Source of the DNA: a virus
Lineage: Duplodnaviria; Heunggongvirae; Uroviricota; Caudoviricetes
IMG/VR virus record: IMGVR_UViG_3300043447_000028
Location: 17,157-81,156 of that record
Strand: one strand, 5' to 3'
DNA length: 64,000 nucleotides
Position 1 is the first letter of the stretch; every line of letters begins with the position of its first letter. Made by a program: the position numbers and the translations under genes. Below the pieces are notes generated by a model. That model was not told the origin of the DNA and did not search any database. It saw nothing but the letters and a program-made list of their open reading frames with translations. This document shows, in pieces, positions 28,842 through 38,351 of the stretch.

Positions 28842-30983
28842 ATGGCATCTATTATTAGAATTAAGCGTTCTAGCACATCTGGTAACCCAAGTACACTGGG
28901 TGCTGGTGAGTTAGCGTATTCAGCCTTAACAGACAATGGTTCGAACGGCGGTGATCGTTTATACATTGGTATGGGCACAGAGACTAGCGGCAACGCAGTC
29001 AATCACGTTGTTATCGGTGGTAAGTTTTTCACCGATATGTTGGACCACAACAAAGGTACATTAACAGCAAACTCTGCTATCATCACGGATTCTGATAGCA
29101 AGATCGATAACCTATTAGTTGATAACCTACAATTAAACGGTAGCACACTAAGCACTACAAATACTAATGGTGATTTGAACATCACCCCAAATGGTACTGG
29201 TAAGTTAGTCCTTACAAACACTTATATCGGTGATACAAGCACAACTCTTGCTGAGTACATCCAAGACGTTTCTGGTGGTGCTATTGCAGATAGCACAGAA
29301 ATTGATGCTACTTACGATGACGGTGCTGGCACTACATCATTAGCTCTTAAGACTACTGGCGTTATTGCTGGTTCTTATGGTTCTTCTACTAGTATCCCAA
29401 CATTCACAGTAGATAGCAAAGGTCGTTTGACTGCTGCTGGAACAGCTTCTCTAGCTACAAGTCTAGGGCTAGCTGCAGATACTGGTACCGATTCTATTGC
29501 CCTTCTAACTGATACATTATCTGTTATTGGTGGTGAGGGTATCGATACATCAGTTAGCAATAACACTATCACTATCGCAGCTGAAATTGCTACTGACACT
29601 AATCGTGGTGTTGCAACTTTCAATACTGCTAGCTTCACTGTTACTGGCGGTGATGTTACAATCAAATCTGGTGGTGTTACAAACAGCCAATTAGTTAACT
29701 CTAGCGTAACATTAGGTACTACTACTGTTGCTCTTGGTGGAACTTCTACATCTCTAGCTGGCATCACAGAACTTACTGTTGATAATATTAATATCAATGG
29801 TAACACTATTAGTTCTACCGATACAGATGGTGACATCGTTATCAGCCCTAATGGTGATGGTAATATCAATGCTTCTTCTTCTAGAATCACTAACGTCGCA
29901 GAACCTGTCGCTGACTCTGATGCAGCTACAAAATACTATGTTGATGCTGCTCGTTCTGGTTTGGATGTTAAACAATCTGTTAAAGTTGCCACTACTACTA
30001 ACATCACACTAAGCAACACACAAACTATCGATAACGTCGCAGTTTCTGTTGGTGATCGTGTTCTTGTTAAAGACCAAAACGCTGCCTCACAGAACGGTAT
30101 TTACGTTGTTGCTTCTGGTTCATGGACTCGTGCTGCAGATTTCGATGCACCTTCTGAGGTGACATCTGGAGTATTCACTTTCGTTGAACAAGGTGATGTT
30201 AATAGCGATTGTGGTTTCGTATTAACTACAGATGGTACAGTGACAGTAGGAACTACTGCTCTTGTATTCACATTATTCTCTGCTTCTGGTACTCTAATTG
30301 CAGGTAATGGTCTTTCTAAGAATGGTTACACTCTAGAAGTTAACGTAGCACCTCTTGGTGGTATTGAGATTTCTGCTGATAACTTACAGCTGAAGTCTAC
30401 TGTTGCTGGTAATGGTTTGACTATTACTGATGGTGTTCTAAATGTTGGTGGCACATCAAACCGTATCACTATCACTAGCGATGGTGTTGATATCGCTAGT
30501 ACTTATGCTGGTCAATCTTCTATCACTGTTTTGGGTACTGTTGTAACTGGTACTTGGAACTCTGATATTATTAGCCCTACATACGGTGGTACTGGAGTTA
30601 ATAACGGATCTAAGACTATCACTCTTGGTGGTAATCTAACAACAGCTGGTAACTACGCTACTACACTGACAATGACAGGCGCTACAAGCGTTACATTGCC
30701 AACTACTGGTACACTGGCTACTCTTGCTGGCGCTGAATCTTTAAGCAACAAGACAATCACATCTTCTTCATTCGCTGGTTCTGTTGCTGCTACAACTCTA
30801 TCTGCTTCTGGATTAGTAACATTCACCAATACAACTGACGCTGGTCCTCTTGGAACTGCAGCTGTTGTTCTATCTGGTGGTTTGTCTGTAGCTAAGAAAG
30901 TATATGTTGGAACTGACCTTATCGGTTCTGGCGCTGCAGACTCTAACATCGATGGATTTAACATAGATGGCGGTACATACTAA
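28842..30983 (+). CDS. tail fibre protein (713 aa) with conserved fibre N-terminal motif
   Basis: N-terminus IKRSSTSGNPSTLGAGELAYSALTDNGSNGGDRLYIG has the HylP/tail-fibre-type N-terminal pattern shared with the ORFs at 31045 and 34578. Internal repeats INGNTISSTDTDGDIVISPNGDGNIN / NGSTLSTTNTNGDLNITPNGTG. Confidence 0.55.
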   Translation: MASIIRIKRSSTSGNPSTLGAGELAYSALTDNGSNGGDRLYIGMGTETSGNAVNHVVIGGKFFTDMLDHNKGTLTANSAIITDSDSKIDNLLVDNLQLNGSTLSTTNTNGDLNITPNGTGKLVLTNTYIGDTSTTLAEYIQDVSGGAIADSTEIDATYDDGAGTTSLALKTTGVIAGSYGSSTSIPTFTVDSKGRLTAAGTASLATSLGLAADTGTDSIALLTDTLSVIGGEGIDTSVSNNTITIAAEIATDTNRGVATFNTASFTVTGGDVTIKSGGVTNSQLVNSSVTLGTTTVALGGTSTSLAGITELTVDNININGNTISSTDTDGDIVISPNGDGNINASSSRITNVAEPVADSDAATKYYVDAARSGLDVKQSVKVATTTNITLSNTQTIDNVAVSVGDRVLVKDQNAASQNGIYVVASGSWTRAADFDAPSEVTSGVFTFVEQGDVNSDCGFVLTTDGTVTVGTTALVFTLFSASGTLIAGNGLSKNGYTLEVNVAPLGGIEISADNLQLKSTVAGNGLTITDGVLNVGGTSNRITITSDGVDIASTYAGQSSITVLGTVVTGTWNSDIISPTYGGTGVNNGSKTITLGGNLTTAGNYATTLTMTGATSVTLPTTGTLATLAGAESLSNKTITSSSFAGSVAATTLSASGLVTFTNTTDAGPLGTAAVVLSGGLSVAKKVYVGTDLIGSGAADSNIDGFNIDGGTY

Positions 30984-30985
30984 GA

Positions 30986-30992
30986 CTAAATA
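30986..30992 (+). promoter_or_regulatory. late-promoter-like CTAAATAAAC motif
   Basis: Located right after the fibre-gene stop and before the hairpin at 31003. Identical 10-mer to the one at 8428. Confidence 0.25.
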
Positions 30993-31002
30993 AACTTAGT
31001 TC

Positions 31003-31035
31003 GCTGGGGTTTTTACCCCAGCTTTAACCTTTTTA
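31003..31035 (+). terminator. terminator-like hairpin
   Basis: GCTGGGGT-TTTT-ACCCCAGC (8-bp stem) followed by TTTAACCTTTTT. Confidence 0.5.
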
Positions 31036-31044
31036 GGAAGATGA

Positions 31045-31680
31045 ATGAGTAATCAAATCATACTCAAAAAGTCATCAGTTGGCGCAAAAGTCCCAACTAC
31101 AAGTGACTTAGTATACGGTGAATTGGCATTAAACTATGCTGATGGTAAACTGTATTTCAAAGATTCTTCCAACACAATTCAACATCTCGGTTCTTCTACT
31201 GCAACCGAGACTCTGTCGAACAAAACTCTCACATCCCCTACTCTAAATTCTGCAACAGCATATAACTTATCGCTGACAGGAACAGTTACAGCAAATTCAT
31301 CTGCTGGTACTGCAGGACAACACCTAATCTCTACTGGTACTGGTGTTCAGTGGGAAGATAATAAATTAGTGAACCTAGAAGATATTAACTTATCTTCTCC
31401 ACAAACGCAACAGGTTCTAACCTTCAACGGCACGCAGTGGGTCAACGCTGACTCTAATGCCGTTGTTGCATCAGCAGTTTTCGCTTCTTCACAGTATGAT
31501 ATGGGGCAGGTGTCTGATCCAGTTATTACTGTTATGGAAGACGAAGGTCTTGTCACAGAACAGACCAACAACATCTATGACTTAGGTGTATTGAGCTTTA
31601 CGGGTATTATCTCGTTAAACAACATTGACCAATCAGTCAAATCAGACTATCTTGGTTACTCTATTATTTTCGGATTCTAA
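31045..31680 (+). CDS. short tail-fibre-like protein sharing the fibre N-terminal motif
   Basis: 211 aa. N-terminus ILKKSSVGAKVPTTSDLVYGELALNYADGKLYFKD is paralogous to the N-termini of the 28842 and 34578 ORFs. Confidence 0.45.
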   Translation: MSNQIILKKSSVGAKVPTTSDLVYGELALNYADGKLYFKDSSNTIQHLGSSTATETLSNKTLTSPTLNSATAYNLSLTGTVTANSSAGTAGQHLISTGTGVQWEDNKLVNLEDINLSSPQTQQVLTFNGTQWVNADSNAVVASAVFASSQYDMGQVSDPVITVMEDEGLVTEQTNNIYDLGVLSFTGIISLNNIDQSVKSDYLGYSIIFGF

Positions 31681-31689
31681 GGATATACA

Positions 31690-34554
31690 ATGGCACGTCA
31701 GTTAGTTGAAAAATACATATTTGAACCAAACCAAGCTGGGGCTGGTATCGTTAAATTTCCAGGAAAAGTTGATCTGACTCAACTCCTGATTATTGCGAAC
31801 AAGACTCAGCAAACAAACATCTATGCGATCGGTGACCCTACAAAGAATGGTTCTATCGTATACGATCCGAGTGACACTACTACATTCTACTCAGAACAGC
31901 CTGGAGTTTCAACTGTAACTATTGCAGCTGATACTTCTTCAATGTTGTCTACAGATAAGTTGGCGATCTACACTGATGCCCCAAAACAAATCGGTAACAT
32001 TGTTCGTCCATATGCCTTTGGTGTTGACGCTATTGAGCGCATGCGTGTCGCTCAACCACAGTCATTGATTGACGCTGACTTTGAATATGGATTACAACCC
32101 ACTAAGTGGCAGAACTATTCTGACATCCGTGGAATTCCAGGTATTTACGAAAAACCAGGTCTTGACTTATTCATGACTGGCATCACTTCAGATGGTGGTA
32201 ACCCATCTGTTATGACTGTTACTTGTTCTCAACCACATGGTCTTACAGTAGCCCAGCCAGTTATTATCTTCGGTTGTGCTGGCGTTTCGAATGCTGCTCG
32301 TGCAGAAGGTGCGTTCGTCGTTGCAACTATTCCAGATAGTACATCATTCACCTTCTTCGCTAAAGGTATTGTTGGTGTGAATGGAACATCTATTTACAAT
32401 CAATCAACTTATGCTCGTCGTGGTGGTTTCTATGCTGGTGCAGATCTTCCAATTACTGGATATGTTTCTGATGCCAACTCTCCATCTAAGATTACAGTAA
32501 CTTGTTCTGCACCTCACGGCTTAGTTCCAGGTGCTCCTATTGTTAACACAGTTACTTCTACTGGAACAAACCATACATTGATGAATGGTAACTTCTTTAT
32601 TGAAACTGTTCCAACTTCAACTACATTTACATTCACTGCACGAGTTGGCGGTGCTGTGCAGAACTCTGCTATCGTAGCTAAAACATATACTCGTTCAGAT
32701 GCTTATGTTCAACACAGACCATTTGATGGTGGTGTTAACATTGGTACTTTCTTGCCATCTCACGGAGCCTCTGTCTCTCGTCAGACTAAGAAATACATGC
32801 GTTACCAGTCAGGTAAAGGTATTCTTTGGACTTCTGGTGTTCTGTTCAACCCAGTTCTAAACTTAGACCAGATCTCTGCCAGCGCAACTACAGTCGGTTC
32901 TGTTATCACAGTTTCCACTGAGATTGACCATGGTCTGCAAATCGGCGCTACTGTTCAGATTTCTGGAGTTGTTACATCTGGATACAATGGCACATATGGC
33001 GTCACTGGTGTAGTTAATGAATCTACTTTCACTGTGGCTGCTGTTAATGAACTTGGTGGAACAGCTGCTGTTATTACAAACCTACCACGTGTAACAGTAA
33101 AGAACTGGATTGGTGCTTGTACACGTTGCGGTCCATTCGATGATCAAAACGGATTATTCTGGGAATTTGATGGTCAAGAATTAGCAGTTGTTAAGCGTTC
33201 TGCAACTTACCAGTTGTCTGGTTTCGTTTCTGTGACTGCAGGTTCTCAGCTGCTAACTGGTTCATCTTGCCGTTTCACTCAACAATTAAAGGTTGGTGAT
33301 ACTATCGTGATCCGTGGTATGACTTATCGTGTGGGTTCTATCACTGACGACAACACTATGTCTATCAACCCAGAATATCGTGGTGTAAATAATGCCTCTG
33401 GTATTAAGATTGCCCAAGTTATCGACCAACGCATTCCACAATCACAGTTCAACATCGATAAGATTGACGGTACTGGTATCTCTGGTTACAATATTAACCT
33501 AAACAAGATGCAGATGCTTGGTATCTCTTTCTCTTGGTACGGTGCTGGTTTCATCGACTTTATGTGTCGTGGTGGTGACGGTAATATGATTCTTGTTCAC
33601 CGCATGAAGCAAAATAACGTGAACGATGAAGCGTATATGCGCACAGGTAACTCTGCTGTTCGTTATCAAGCTATCAATGAATCTGCTCGAGATCGCTTAG
33701 CAGATGATGTTGATAATACACAAACTACTATTCCATTAGTAGATGCTTCTCGTTTCCCAGCTACTGGTGGTGTTGTTTTAATCGGTACAGAATGTATCTC
33801 ATATACAGGTAAGTCTGGTAACACTTTAACTGGATGCACTCGTGGAGCAACATTTACTATGTTCGTCGGTGGGTCTAATAAGAACTTCACTGGGGCTTCT
33901 GCAAGCGTACACTCAGTCGGTAACGGTTATACAGCGGTAACATTGATTAGTTGTACATGTTCTCCAATCGTTAACCACTGGGGTTCATCTTACATTATCG
34001 ACGGTAACTTCGACTCAGATCGTGGTTACTACTTTAACTACGCTGGTATCGCCAACCAGATTGCAGCTAACTCTAGTGAGACACAGTTCTTCTTGCGTTT
34101 AGCTCCATCCGTGTCAAACTCAATCGCTGGTGCGTTCGGTGATCGTGACTTGATTAATCGTTCTCAGTTGTTACTACAAAAACTTCAAGTACAATCAGAC
34201 CAGTCTGTACAGGTTTATGGTATCTTGAATCCAGGTAACATTGACGCATCATCACTAACTTGGACTGCTGTTAACACTTCTGGTCTAGGTTCTCAACCTT
34301 CTTTTGCTCAGATTTCTACAAGTACTACTACTGCAGCAACTCCAGGTGAACAAAACTTCTCAACTCTTGGTCAGCCAAATGGTTTCGCTGAGATTGACTT
34401 ATCACAATTGAAAGAATTGACAAACTCTGCTATTGGTGGTTACTCTAACTATCCAGATGGTCCAGACGTTTTGGCAGTTGTTGTTAAAAATCTTTCTACT
34501 ACAAATTCAGCAACTGTTTCAGTCAACTTATTCTGGTCTGAAGCACAAGCCTAA
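31690..34554 (+). CDS. large virion structural protein (954 aa), function unresolved (baseplate/fibre region)
   Basis: Long ORF in the fibre cluster. Cys-containing segments (GACTRCGPFDD). No catalytic motif recognised. Confidence 0.35.
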   Translation: MARQLVEKYIFEPNQAGAGIVKFPGKVDLTQLLIIANKTQQTNIYAIGDPTKNGSIVYDPSDTTTFYSEQPGVSTVTIAADTSSMLSTDKLAIYTDAPKQIGNIVRPYAFGVDAIERMRVAQPQSLIDADFEYGLQPTKWQNYSDIRGIPGIYEKPGLDLFMTGITSDGGNPSVMTVTCSQPHGLTVAQPVIIFGCAGVSNAARAEGAFVVATIPDSTSFTFFAKGIVGVNGTSIYNQSTYARRGGFYAGADLPITGYVSDANSPSKITVTCSAPHGLVPGAPIVNTVTSTGTNHTLMNGNFFIETVPTSTTFTFTARVGGAVQNSAIVAKTYTRSDAYVQHRPFDGGVNIGTFLPSHGASVSRQTKKYMRYQSGKGILWTSGVLFNPVLNLDQISASATTVGSVITVSTEIDHGLQIGATVQISGVVTSGYNGTYGVTGVVNESTFTVAAVNELGGTAAVITNLPRVTVKNWIGACTRCGPFDDQNGLFWEFDGQELAVVKRSATYQLSGFVSVTAGSQLLTGSSCRFTQQLKVGDTIVIRGMTYRVGSITDDNTMSINPEYRGVNNASGIKIAQVIDQRIPQSQFNIDKIDGTGISGYNINLNKMQMLGISFSWYGAGFIDFMCRGGDGNMILVHRMKQNNVNDEAYMRTGNSAVRYQAINESARDRLADDVDNTQTTIPLVDASRFPATGGVVLIGTECISYTGKSGNTLTGCTRGATFTMFVGGSNKNFTGASASVHSVGNGYTAVTLISCTCSPIVNHWGSSYIIDGNFDSDRGYYFNYAGIANQIAANSSETQFFLRLAPSVSNSIAGAFGDRDLINRSQLLLQKLQVQSDQSVQVYGILNPGNIDASSLTWTAVNTSGLGSQPSFAQISTSTTTAATPGEQNFSTLGQPNGFAEIDLSQLKELTNSAIGGYSNYPDGPDVLAVVVKNLSTTNSATVSVNLFWSEAQA

Positions 34555-34557
34555 ATA
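34551..34557 (+). promoter_or_regulatory. late-promoter-like CTAAATA motif overlapping the upstream stop codon
   Basis: CTAAATATAT about 20 nt before the ATG at 34578. Confidence 0.3.
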
Positions 34558-34577
34558 TATCGAATTAGAGGAAAACT

Positions 34578-35747
34578 ATGTCAACACAAGTACAATTTAG
34601 ACGAGGTACAACAACGCAGAACAATGCGTTCACTGGCGCAGCTGGTGAGATTTCCGTTGACACCGATCTTAAAACGATTCGTCTACACGATGGCACTACC
34701 GCTGGTGGTGGTGCTACCATGCTTAACAACATCTCTAGTCAGACCGCTCTAAACAAAACATTTAGTACTGGTTCTTCATGGCAGGGTAACGCTGTTGGTC
34801 TTGGATACGGTGGTACTGGTTCTTCTTTAACAGCAGCAGCTGGCGCTGTCCCATATTCTACTTCTAATGGTTTAGCACTAAACTCACCAGGAACATCTGG
34901 TCAGATTTTAGTTTCTGGTGGTACTGGCGCACCTACTTGGGTTGCTGCTTCTAGTATTTCTGCTGGTACTTCTACTTTAGCTACTACTGCTACTAACATT
35001 GCTGGTGGTTCTGCTGGTCAGTTGATTATTCAGGCTGATACTGGTTTATCTACTTTCATTACAGCTGGTGCGTCTGGCACGTTCTTGCGTTCTGCTGGTG
35101 CTGGTTATGCTCCTACTTGGGCGACAGCCGACGTTACAATTGGTACTACAGTTATTTCTTTGGGTAGTTCTTCTACTACTCTTGCTGGATTATCAGCGAT
35201 CACAACAGTAGATCTTACTGTCAATGGTAACTTAACTGTTAATGGTACAACCACAAACATCAATACTGTAAACTTAGTTGTTGAGGACAAGAACGTAATT
35301 ATTGGTGATGTAGCTTCACCGACTGATACTACTGCTGAGGGTGGTGGTATTACTCTAAAGGGAGCTACTGATAAAACGATCACGTGGGGTGCAGCAACTG
35401 GTTGGCAACACGACGATCATATTTCAACTACAAAAGGTATAACTAGTTCTACTTCTGGTACATCCCCTACTGCAATTTTATCCATCGCTTCTGCTACATA
35501 TCGCTCTGGTAAAATTATCCTTTCTGTGACTAATGGTAGCACATACAGAATTATGGAAATGTTGTTTATGCATGATGGTACTGACGTTTCATTCAACGAA
35601 AACTACACAGTAGCCACTGAAATGCAAACAGCAGATACAAATACTACTTTCTCTGGTTCTATTTCCGCTGGCACTTTGACGATCTATGCGACTTGTTCTT
35701 CTGGAACTTCTGCGATCAAAGGGCAGGCAACTCTATTCAAGGTATAA
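34578..35747 (+). CDS. fibre protein at the wac (neck whisker) position, HylP-like N-terminus
   Basis: 389 aa. N-terminus VQFRRGTTTQNNAFTGAAGEISVDTDLKTIRLHDGTTAGG matches the conserved phage tail-fibre/HylP N-terminal motif. Located immediately upstream of gp13, as wac is in T4. Confidence 0.45.
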   Translation: MSTQVQFRRGTTTQNNAFTGAAGEISVDTDLKTIRLHDGTTAGGGATMLNNISSQTALNKTFSTGSSWQGNAVGLGYGGTGSSLTAAAGAVPYSTSNGLALNSPGTSGQILVSGGTGAPTWVAASSISAGTSTLATTATNIAGGSAGQLIIQADTGLSTFITAGASGTFLRSAGAGYAPTWATADVTIGTTVISLGSSSTTLAGLSAITTVDLTVNGNLTVNGTTTNINTVNLVVEDKNVIIGDVASPTDTTAEGGGITLKGATDKTITWGAATGWQHDDHISTTKGITSSTSGTSPTAILSIASATYRSGKIILSVTNGSTYRIMEMLFMHDGTDVSFNENYTVATEMQTADTNTTFSGSISAGTLTIYATCSSGTSAIKGQATLFKV

Positions 35748-35750
35748 TAA

Positions 35751-36707
35751 ATGGCTATTCCAACATCTAGAGAAAGTCTAAAACAATACTGCCTAAGAGC
35801 ACTTGGTGCTCCAGTGTTGGAAATTAACGTGGATGACGATCAACTAGAAGATCGTATTGACGAATGCCTAGACTACTGGCGTCTATACCACTACGATGGT
35901 ATAGAAGAAGTCTATCTAAAACAACAGATCCGTGCTTCTGAGATCGTTCTGACTACTGCGGTTGCTGGTCAATTCGCTCTAGAAGAACGAATCACTGGAG
36001 CGACTTCTGGTGCCACTGCCACAGTCACTCGTGAGTCACAACGCACTTCTACTGGCACTCTTTTGTTGGTTAAAAATATCGTTGGCACATTCCAAGCTGG
36101 TGAAGCTATTCAAGGGACTGCTGTTACAGCGACTACTGTGTCTATCACACCACGTGAATATGATAACAGATACATCAATATCCCAGATTATGTCTACGGT
36201 ATCACTGATGTTCTTTCTATTGGACAAGCGTCTTCTTCTAAGAACATTTTCGACTTACAGTACCAATTACGTTTGAATGATTTGTATGATTTAACATCTA
36301 CATCTATCATTTACTACACAACAGTTATGCAACACTTAGACTTGCTAGACTGGACATTAAACGGTAAGAATAACTTCCGTTTCAATCGCTTACAAGATCG
36401 TATGTATCTTGATATCAATTGGCAATCTGATGTAGCATTCGGTGATTATGTTATCATCAAGTGCTATCGTGCAATGGATCCAACGCAATGGTCTAAGATT
36501 TGGAATGACCAATGGCTGAAACGATATGTCACCGCACAGTTTAAGAAACAGTGGGCTATTAACATTAAGAAATTCTCTGGCATTCAACTTCCAGGTGGTG
36601 TTACATTAGATGGCGACAAATTATACCTAGAAGCCATTACTGAGATCGCTCAGTTAGAAGACGATTTGCAAAACAAGTCTGCTCCACTCAACTTTATGAT
36701 GGGTTAA
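35751..36707 (+). CDS. gp13: neck protein gp13
   Basis: 318 aa (T4 gp13 is 309 aa). LKQYCLRALGAPVLEINVDDDQLEDRIDECLDYW resembles T4 gp13 ([34 protein letters not shown]). Confidence 0.7.
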   Translation: MAIPTSRESLKQYCLRALGAPVLEINVDDDQLEDRIDECLDYWRLYHYDGIEEVYLKQQIRASEIVLTTAVAGQFALEERITGATSGATATVTRESQRTSTGTLLLVKNIVGTFQAGEAIQGTAVTATTVSITPREYDNRYINIPDYVYGITDVLSIGQASSSKNIFDLQYQLRLNDLYDLTSTSIIYYTTVMQHLDLLDWTLNGKNNFRFNRLQDRMYLDINWQSDVAFGDYVIIKCYRAMDPTQWSKIWNDQWLKRYVTAQFKKQWAINIKKFSGIQLPGGVTLDGDKLYLEAITEIAQLEDDLQNKSAPLNFMMG

Positions 36708-36708
36708 G

Positions 36709-37608
36709 ATGACAACAACTAATGTTTACTTCACACATGGTACTCGTAATGAGCAGTACCTTGTAGAAGACCTAATCATTGAATCGTTGCGTATGTACGG
36801 CAATGAGGTCATGTACATTCCAAGAACATTAGTGTCAAAGGATAACATCCTCGGAGAAGATCGTCTAAGCGAATTTAAGTCTGCATTCCCTATCGAAATG
36901 TATTTCGAGAATGTTGATTCATTCGGTGGGCAGGGTGCATTCATTCAGAAGTTCGGTCTTATGGTCGAACAGTCTGCAACTCTAGTGGTTGCTCGTCGTC
37001 GTTGGGAACAATTCATTGGTCGTTATGGCGTAACTCAGTTGCCGAATCGTCCGAATGAAGGTGACTTAATCTATTTCCCACTATCAAAGGGTTTGTTCGA
37101 AATTAAGTTCGTACAACACCAAGATCCATTCTATCAACTCGGTAAGCTATACGTTTATAAGCTACAAGTTGAATTGTTCCAGTATGCTTCTGAGGCTATA
37201 GATACTGGTATCCCAGCTATTGACACGTTTGAATCTCTTAAGACATTCAATACAAACACAACTAGAAACCCTAATGGTGAAGTCACAAAGGTAAATATTA
37301 CATCTGCTGGTTCTGGATATACCACAGCTACGGTAAATGTCACAAGTGGCACTGGAAGAGGCGCTGTTCTAACGCCAGTAATTACAGATGGTGAAATTAC
37401 TAGCATCACAATCGATAACGCAGGCACAGGATACCAGACACCACCACTGATCGAAATCATCGGTGATGGAGAAGGCGCAGCAGCTACTACTGAGATCCAA
37501 GCTAATGTAGATAAACCAAATTCTTTCGGTGATAACAATAAGTTCAAAGAAGAAGCTGCAACAGTTATCAACTTCGATGAAGCCAACCCATTCGGTGAGA
37601 TTCAATAA
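36709..37608 (+). CDS. gp14: neck protein gp14 homolog with GSGYTT/GTGYQT module insertion
   Basis: 299 aa, between gp13 and gp15. EDRLSEFKSAFPIEMYFENVDSFGGQ resembles T4 gp14 (EDLLSEFKNGKPFTVYFAHVTNFEGQ). C-terminal ITSAGSGYTTATVNVTSGTG and DNAGTGYQTPPLIEIIGDGEG modules. Confidence 0.5.
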   Translation: MTTTNVYFTHGTRNEQYLVEDLIIESLRMYGNEVMYIPRTLVSKDNILGEDRLSEFKSAFPIEMYFENVDSFGGQGAFIQKFGLMVEQSATLVVARRRWEQFIGRYGVTQLPNRPNEGDLIYFPLSKGLFEIKFVQHQDPFYQLGKLYVYKLQVELFQYASEAIDTGIPAIDTFESLKTFNTNTTRNPNGEVTKVNITSAGSGYTTATVNVTSGTGRGAVLTPVITDGEITSITIDNAGTGYQTPPLIEIIGDGEGAAATTEIQANVDKPNSFGDNNKFKEEAATVINFDEANPFGEIQ

Positions 37609-38351
37609 TGCTTAACGGAAATGTATACTACCACGGAATCATCCGCAAGAGCATAGTTGCTTTTGGTCGTTTGTTCAGCGACGTCTATATCGATCGTAAG
37701 GTTGGTGACTCTGTTAACGGAACAACTGCACAACGTGTGCAGGTGCCACTTGCATATGCTCCAAAAGAAAAGTGGATTGTTCGTCTAGAGCAAGACCCTA
37801 ATCTAGAGAACAATACATATACAACTCTACCAAGAATGTCTTTCGAGATTACTGGTTATCGTTATGATGCTGCTCGCAAGACTAATCGCATGCAACAGAT
37901 TAAGTCTGGTACTGGTACGAACCAACCGACTGTTTATACTCCAGTTCCATATACATTAGACATTTCTTTGTATATCTTAACTAAGACTCAAGAAGATGGG
38001 CTACAGGTTATTGAACAGATCCTGCCTACATTCACCCCAGAATACACTCTAACTATTAACACTATTCCAGATATGGGAATTCAGAACGATGTACCTATTG
38101 TTCTTACTAGTGTTCAAGTAGAAGACGAATACGATGGAGCATTCCAAGATCGTCGTTTCGTAACACATACATTGAACTTTGAAATGAAGTTGAATTTATT
38201 TGGTCCAGTTTCCGATAGAAATGTTATCACTCAGGTTAACGCTAACATCGGACAGAATGAGAACTTTGATAACCCGAATAGATCTTATGTCGCAACTGGT
38301 GATACAACTACAGCAACAGTTTCCAGTGAAGACTGGTTAAACAACTTTTAA
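37608..38351 (+). CDS. gp15: tail sheath stabilizer / tail completion protein gp15
   Basis: 247 aa. FGRLFSDVYIDRK..RVQVPLAYAPKEKWIVRL and LQVIEQILPTFTPEYT match T4 gp15 (MGDLFSNIQIKRQ..RVPITYASKEHFMMKL; FQIVEQILPYFQPHFN). Confidence 0.65.
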   Translation: MLNGNVYYHGIIRKSIVAFGRLFSDVYIDRKVGDSVNGTTAQRVQVPLAYAPKEKWIVRLEQDPNLENNTYTTLPRMSFEITGYRYDAARKTNRMQQIKSGTGTNQPTVYTPVPYTLDISLYILTKTQEDGLQVIEQILPTFTPEYTLTINTIPDMGIQNDVPIVLTSVQVEDEYDGAFQDRRFVTHTLNFEMKLNLFGPVSDRNVITQVNANIGQNENFDNPNRSYVATGDTTTATVSSEDWLNNF

